This document shows, one piece after another, positions 61,424 to 64,000 of a stretch of 64,000 nt of DNA. Below the pieces are notes generated by a model. It had not been told where the DNA came from and did not search any database. It was given only the letters and a program-made list of their open reading frames with translations. The DNA is from Clostridia bacterium (lineage in GTDB: Bacteria > Bacillota > Clostridia > UMGS1883): positions 287 through 64,286 of the forward strand of contig JAZRTB010000004.1 in assembly GCA_045651805.1 (NCBI GenBank). The letters run 5' to 3'. Position 1 is the first letter of the stretch. Each line of letters starts with the position of its first letter. The translations under genes and the position numbers were made by a program.

Positions 61424-64000
61424 TTATTTTGCAACAAGAACTGAAATGATTGCATAAGTTCTGTTGAAGATTGCTGTTGCTTCTTCTCTTGTGATATTAG
61501 CTCTGGGGTTAACTTTACCGTCTGAACCCTTAACAATACCGAGTTTAGCAAGAAGCTGTACGCCTTCTACTGCATAAGGAGCAATTTCATCTGCATCTGC
61601 AAATGCAACTGCATCGCCTTCAATAGTAACGTTACCAAGAGCCATCTTAACAAGTCTTGATGTTGCAAGCATAAGATCCTGTCTTGTGATATTAGCATCA
61701 CCATTAACGAGGATTACACCGTTTTCGTCTGTGCCGATACCAATTGTGATACCTGTCTGTGCTGCCCAAAGGTCTGACTCATAAGCCCAACCTGTTGTGT
61801 CAACATCTACATCATTAACGAGTGCAAGGTCGAGACCTGCAACTGCATCAAAGTTCTGCTGAAGCTTGAATGCTTCTGAACGTGTAAGGTTAGCTGTAGG
61901 ATCAAAGATCTTTTCATTTCTGCCACTTACAAGTCCTGCCTTCGCAGCGTTGCAAATTTCAGTTTCTGACCATCTGCCGTCTATATCTGTGAATGTATGA
62001 CAATCACTTGTACCGGGTGTAGGATCTACAGGCTGATCAGGATCAATAGGCTGATCGGGATCAACGGGCTTGTCAGGTTCTACAGGCTGATCGGGTTCTT
62101 CCTTGTCTCCACCGTCAAGTACGGGAAGCTTAGTTGAACCGCCGCCACCGCCACCGGTTGCACCGGATTTAGTCTTGAATGTATATGTTTCTGTTGTTGT
62201 ACCAATATCATTTGTAGCAGCTACTACAACAGTGTATTCAGTATTTCTTGTAAGACCTGTGAAAAGGTAAGTATATACACCATTTTCAAGAACTGCTTCA
62301 ACAGGAGCTTCATCATCAAGCTTGAATGTTACAGATGTAATATCTGAACCCTTCGCATCTACTGTCACCTTAACACCTGCATTCTTGGAAGCAGCTGTAG
62401 CTGTGATAGAAATGATTTCGGGAGCTTCAGGCTCTACGGGGATTTCAGTATATACTGCTGTTACTGTTGTAGCTGCTGTAATATCTGTATTAACATCCCA
62501 AGCACCTGTGAAGCCATCCTTAGCAGGTACTGCGGGGAAGTCTGCTACTGCAAGTGCTTCACCTTCGTTTACAGTCTCTGTTGCTACTGTATTACCATCT
62601 GCTACGAATGTTACTACAAATGTTCTTCTTGTGTATACTGCATTTACAGTCTTTGCTTCTGTAATTGCTTCGTTTACATCCCATGCACCATCGTAGTACT
62701 GCTTAGCGGGTACTGCAGGGAAGTCTGCTACTGCAAGGCTTTCACCTACTGTTACAGTCTTTGTATCTACTGTTACGCCGTCTGCTACGAATACTACTTC
62801 AAATGTTTCGGGTTCTACTACGCCACCCTCTTCTACTGTAACTTTACCTGCTACAGTATCGAATGTTACAGCATTACCTTCTGCATCAAGGATCTCGTAT
62901 GTAATTGTAACATCGTAATCCTTTGCTTCTGCTCCGGCAAGAACTTCAAACTTAAGAGTTGCGATTACACCATCTGCTGTAATTGCATCTTCTTCTGTTG
63001 AGTTATTCCAGAACAATGTGTAGGGATCTGCTGTAAGCTTGTCTGAATGTAAATCTTCACCCCAGATGTTACCGTCTGCTACTTCGCTAAGCTTCAATGC
63101 TGCACTGTCGTAGTCAACCATAACTTTTGCTACTGCAATACCGGGGTTGTTTGCTGCAGAAATTGCAACGTCTGCAGTTTCACCTGCTTTTGCTGTTGCA
63201 CTTGCAACTGTAAGTGTTGCATTTTCAGGAACTGTTTCTTCAACAGTTACCTTACCTGCTGCAGTTTCAAATGTTACAGCGTCACCTTCTGCATCAAGGA
63301 TTTCGTATGAAATTGTGATATCATAATCCTTTGCTTCTGCTCCTGCAAGAACTTCAAACTTAAGAGTTGCAATCACGCCATCTGCTGTAATTGACTCCTC
63401 TGCTGTTGAGTTATTCCAGAACAATGTGTAGGGATCTGCTGTAAGCTTGTCTGAATGTAAATCTTCACCCCAGATGTTACCGTCTGCAACTTCGCTAAGC
63501 TTCAATGCTGCACTGTCGTAGTCAACCATAACTTTTGCTACTGCGATACCGGGGTTGTTTTCTGATGTTATTGTAACATCTGCAGTCTCACCTGCTTTTG
63601 CACTTGCACTTGATACTGTAAGTGCTGCTACAGGATTTTCAACTGTAACTTTACCTGCTACGAGTTCAAACTCTACCGCATCTGTATCCGCATCAAGGAT
63701 ATCCTGCGCAAGAGTGATTTCGTAGTCTCTAAAATCTGCTCCTTCGAGCACTTCGAATTCGAGTGTTGCTATTACACCATTTGCTGTAATAGACTCTTCT
63801 GCTGTTGAGTTGTTCCAGAACAATGTATAGGGATTAGCTGTGAGCTTATCTGAATGAAGCTCTTCTCCCCAGATTCCGCCATCCTCAACACTAATCAATT
63901 TCAATGCTGTGTTATCGTAGTTTACCTTAATATCTGCAACTGCAATACCGGGGTTGTTTGCTGCGGTTACTTCAACCAATACAGTTTCTCCCCTTTTTGC
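61424..64000 (-). CDS. cell-surface protein, 5'-partial: at least 3 cohesin-like modules, 2 InlB-B/Listeria-Bacteroides-type repeats, FN3-like domain, Pro/Asp linker, 3 SLH
   Basis: The frame stays open to the window edge (AKRGETVLVEVTAANNPGIAV continues the repeat). NNPGIAVA..V.YD..ALKL..V.DG modules; FVADG.TV.T.TV..GE.LAVADFPAVPAK repeats; DQPVEPDKPVDPDQPIDPDQPVDP linker; SLH repeats at the C-terminus. Confidence 0.85.
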   Translation of the reverse strand, partial: AKRGETVLVEVTAANNPGIAVADIKVNYDNTALKLISVEDGGIWGEELHSDKLTANPYTLFWNNSTAEESITANGVIATLEFEVLEGADFRDYEITLAQDILDADTDAVEFELVAGKVTVENPVAALTVSSASAKAGETADVTITSENNPGIAVAKVMVDYDSAALKLSEVADGNIWGEDLHSDKLTADPYTLFWNNSTAEESITADGVIATLKFEVLAGAEAKDYDITISYEILDAEGDAVTFETAAGKVTVEETVPENATLTVASATAKAGETADVAISAANNPGIAVAKVMVDYDSAALKLSEVADGNIWGEDLHSDKLTADPYTLFWNNSTEEDAITADGVIATLKFEVLAGAEAKDYDVTITYEILDAEGNAVTFDTVAGKVTVEEGGVVEPETFEVVFVADGVTVDTKTVTVGESLAVADFPAVPAKQYYDGAWDVNEAITEAKTVNAVYTRRTFVVTFVADGNTVATETVNEGEALAVADFPAVPAKDGFTGAWDVNTDITAATTVTAVYTEIPVEPEAPEIISITATAASKNAGVKVTVDAKGSDITSVTFKLDDEAPVEAVLENGVYTYLFTGLTRNTEYTVVVAATNDIGTTTETYTFKTKSGATGGGGGGSTKLPVLDGGDKEEPDQPVEPDKPVDPDQPIDPDQPVDPTPGTSDCHTFTDIDGRWSETEICNAAKAGLVSGRNEKIFDPTANLTRSEAFKLQQNFDAVAGLDLALVNDVDVDTTGWAYESDLWAAQTGITIGIGTDENGVILVNGDANITRQDLMLATSRLVKMALGNVTIEGDAVAFADADEIAPYAVEGVQLLAKLGIVKGSDGKVNPRANITREEATAIFNRTYAIISVLVAK
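62828..64000 (-). repeat. coding tandem repeat of about 400 bp (cohesin-like modules), at least 3 copies
   Basis: Copies at about 62828-63235, 63236-63634 and 63635 to beyond 64000. The two promoter-distal copies are nearly identical over about 300 nt (for example GTAGGGATCTGCTGTAAGCTTGTCTGAATGTAAATCTTCACCCCAGATGTTACCGTCTGC occurs in both). Confidence 0.85.

Noticed and set aside
62828-64000. Tandem DNA repeats that could be mistaken for a CRISPR or satellite array
   Set aside because: The repeat unit is about 400 bp, in frame and coding for cohesin-like modules. There are no short repeat/spacer units and no cas genes.

Overview
The window looks like a chromosomal segment of a low-GC, spore-forming, Clostridia-type Firmicute. 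The taxonomic call is an inference from gene content only (SigH, CwlD plus a Pda-type deacetylase, a SEDS protein, rnfCDGEAB, SLH proteins plus CsaB). Most of it is densely packed, mainly minus-strand housekeeping genes: an OPT peptide transporter with a coupled PqqD-like gene, an RND/MFP/TolC-like efflux operon, greA, comEA, tlyA, dxs, rqcH, a lipid kinase, sdaAA/sdaAB, sigH, the Rnf complex, tyrS, a CpsB/CpsD/CpsC-type tyrosine phosphatase/kinase/Wzz module, rnhA, ruvX and cca. Four regions look accessory or unusual. (1) 17.8-28.6 kb holds an internally deleted IS3-family element, a solo copy of its left-end palindrome, and three very large secreted proteins that share a C-terminal module; two of them are tandem paralogues. 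(2) 29.15-29.35 kb is a 156-bp nested palindromic element between convergent regulator genes, next to a TetR-controlled M20/epimerase/DHDPS-like/serine-dehydratase operon with a clear operator palindrome. (3) 50.09-50.27 kb is a GC-rich intergenic segment about 180 nt long, closed by a long-range helix, upstream of an SLH gene; I could not assign it to any RNA class by eye. (4) 53.2-55.5 kb is a two-gene insertion of about 2.1 kb (a TM-anchored metallophosphoesterase and an unknown Zn-ribbon/NAFRH-motif protein). It is betrayed by an orphan duplicate of the deacetylase 3' end, and it has a long leader containing a mini-ORF and a predicted cis-antisense small RNA. This is my best candidate for something undescribed, but its function cannot be read from the sequence. 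I saw no rRNA, tRNA or CRISPR array. All product calls come from visual motif and family recognition of the translated ORFs, with no searches run. Promoter and terminator calls are pattern matches made by hand.
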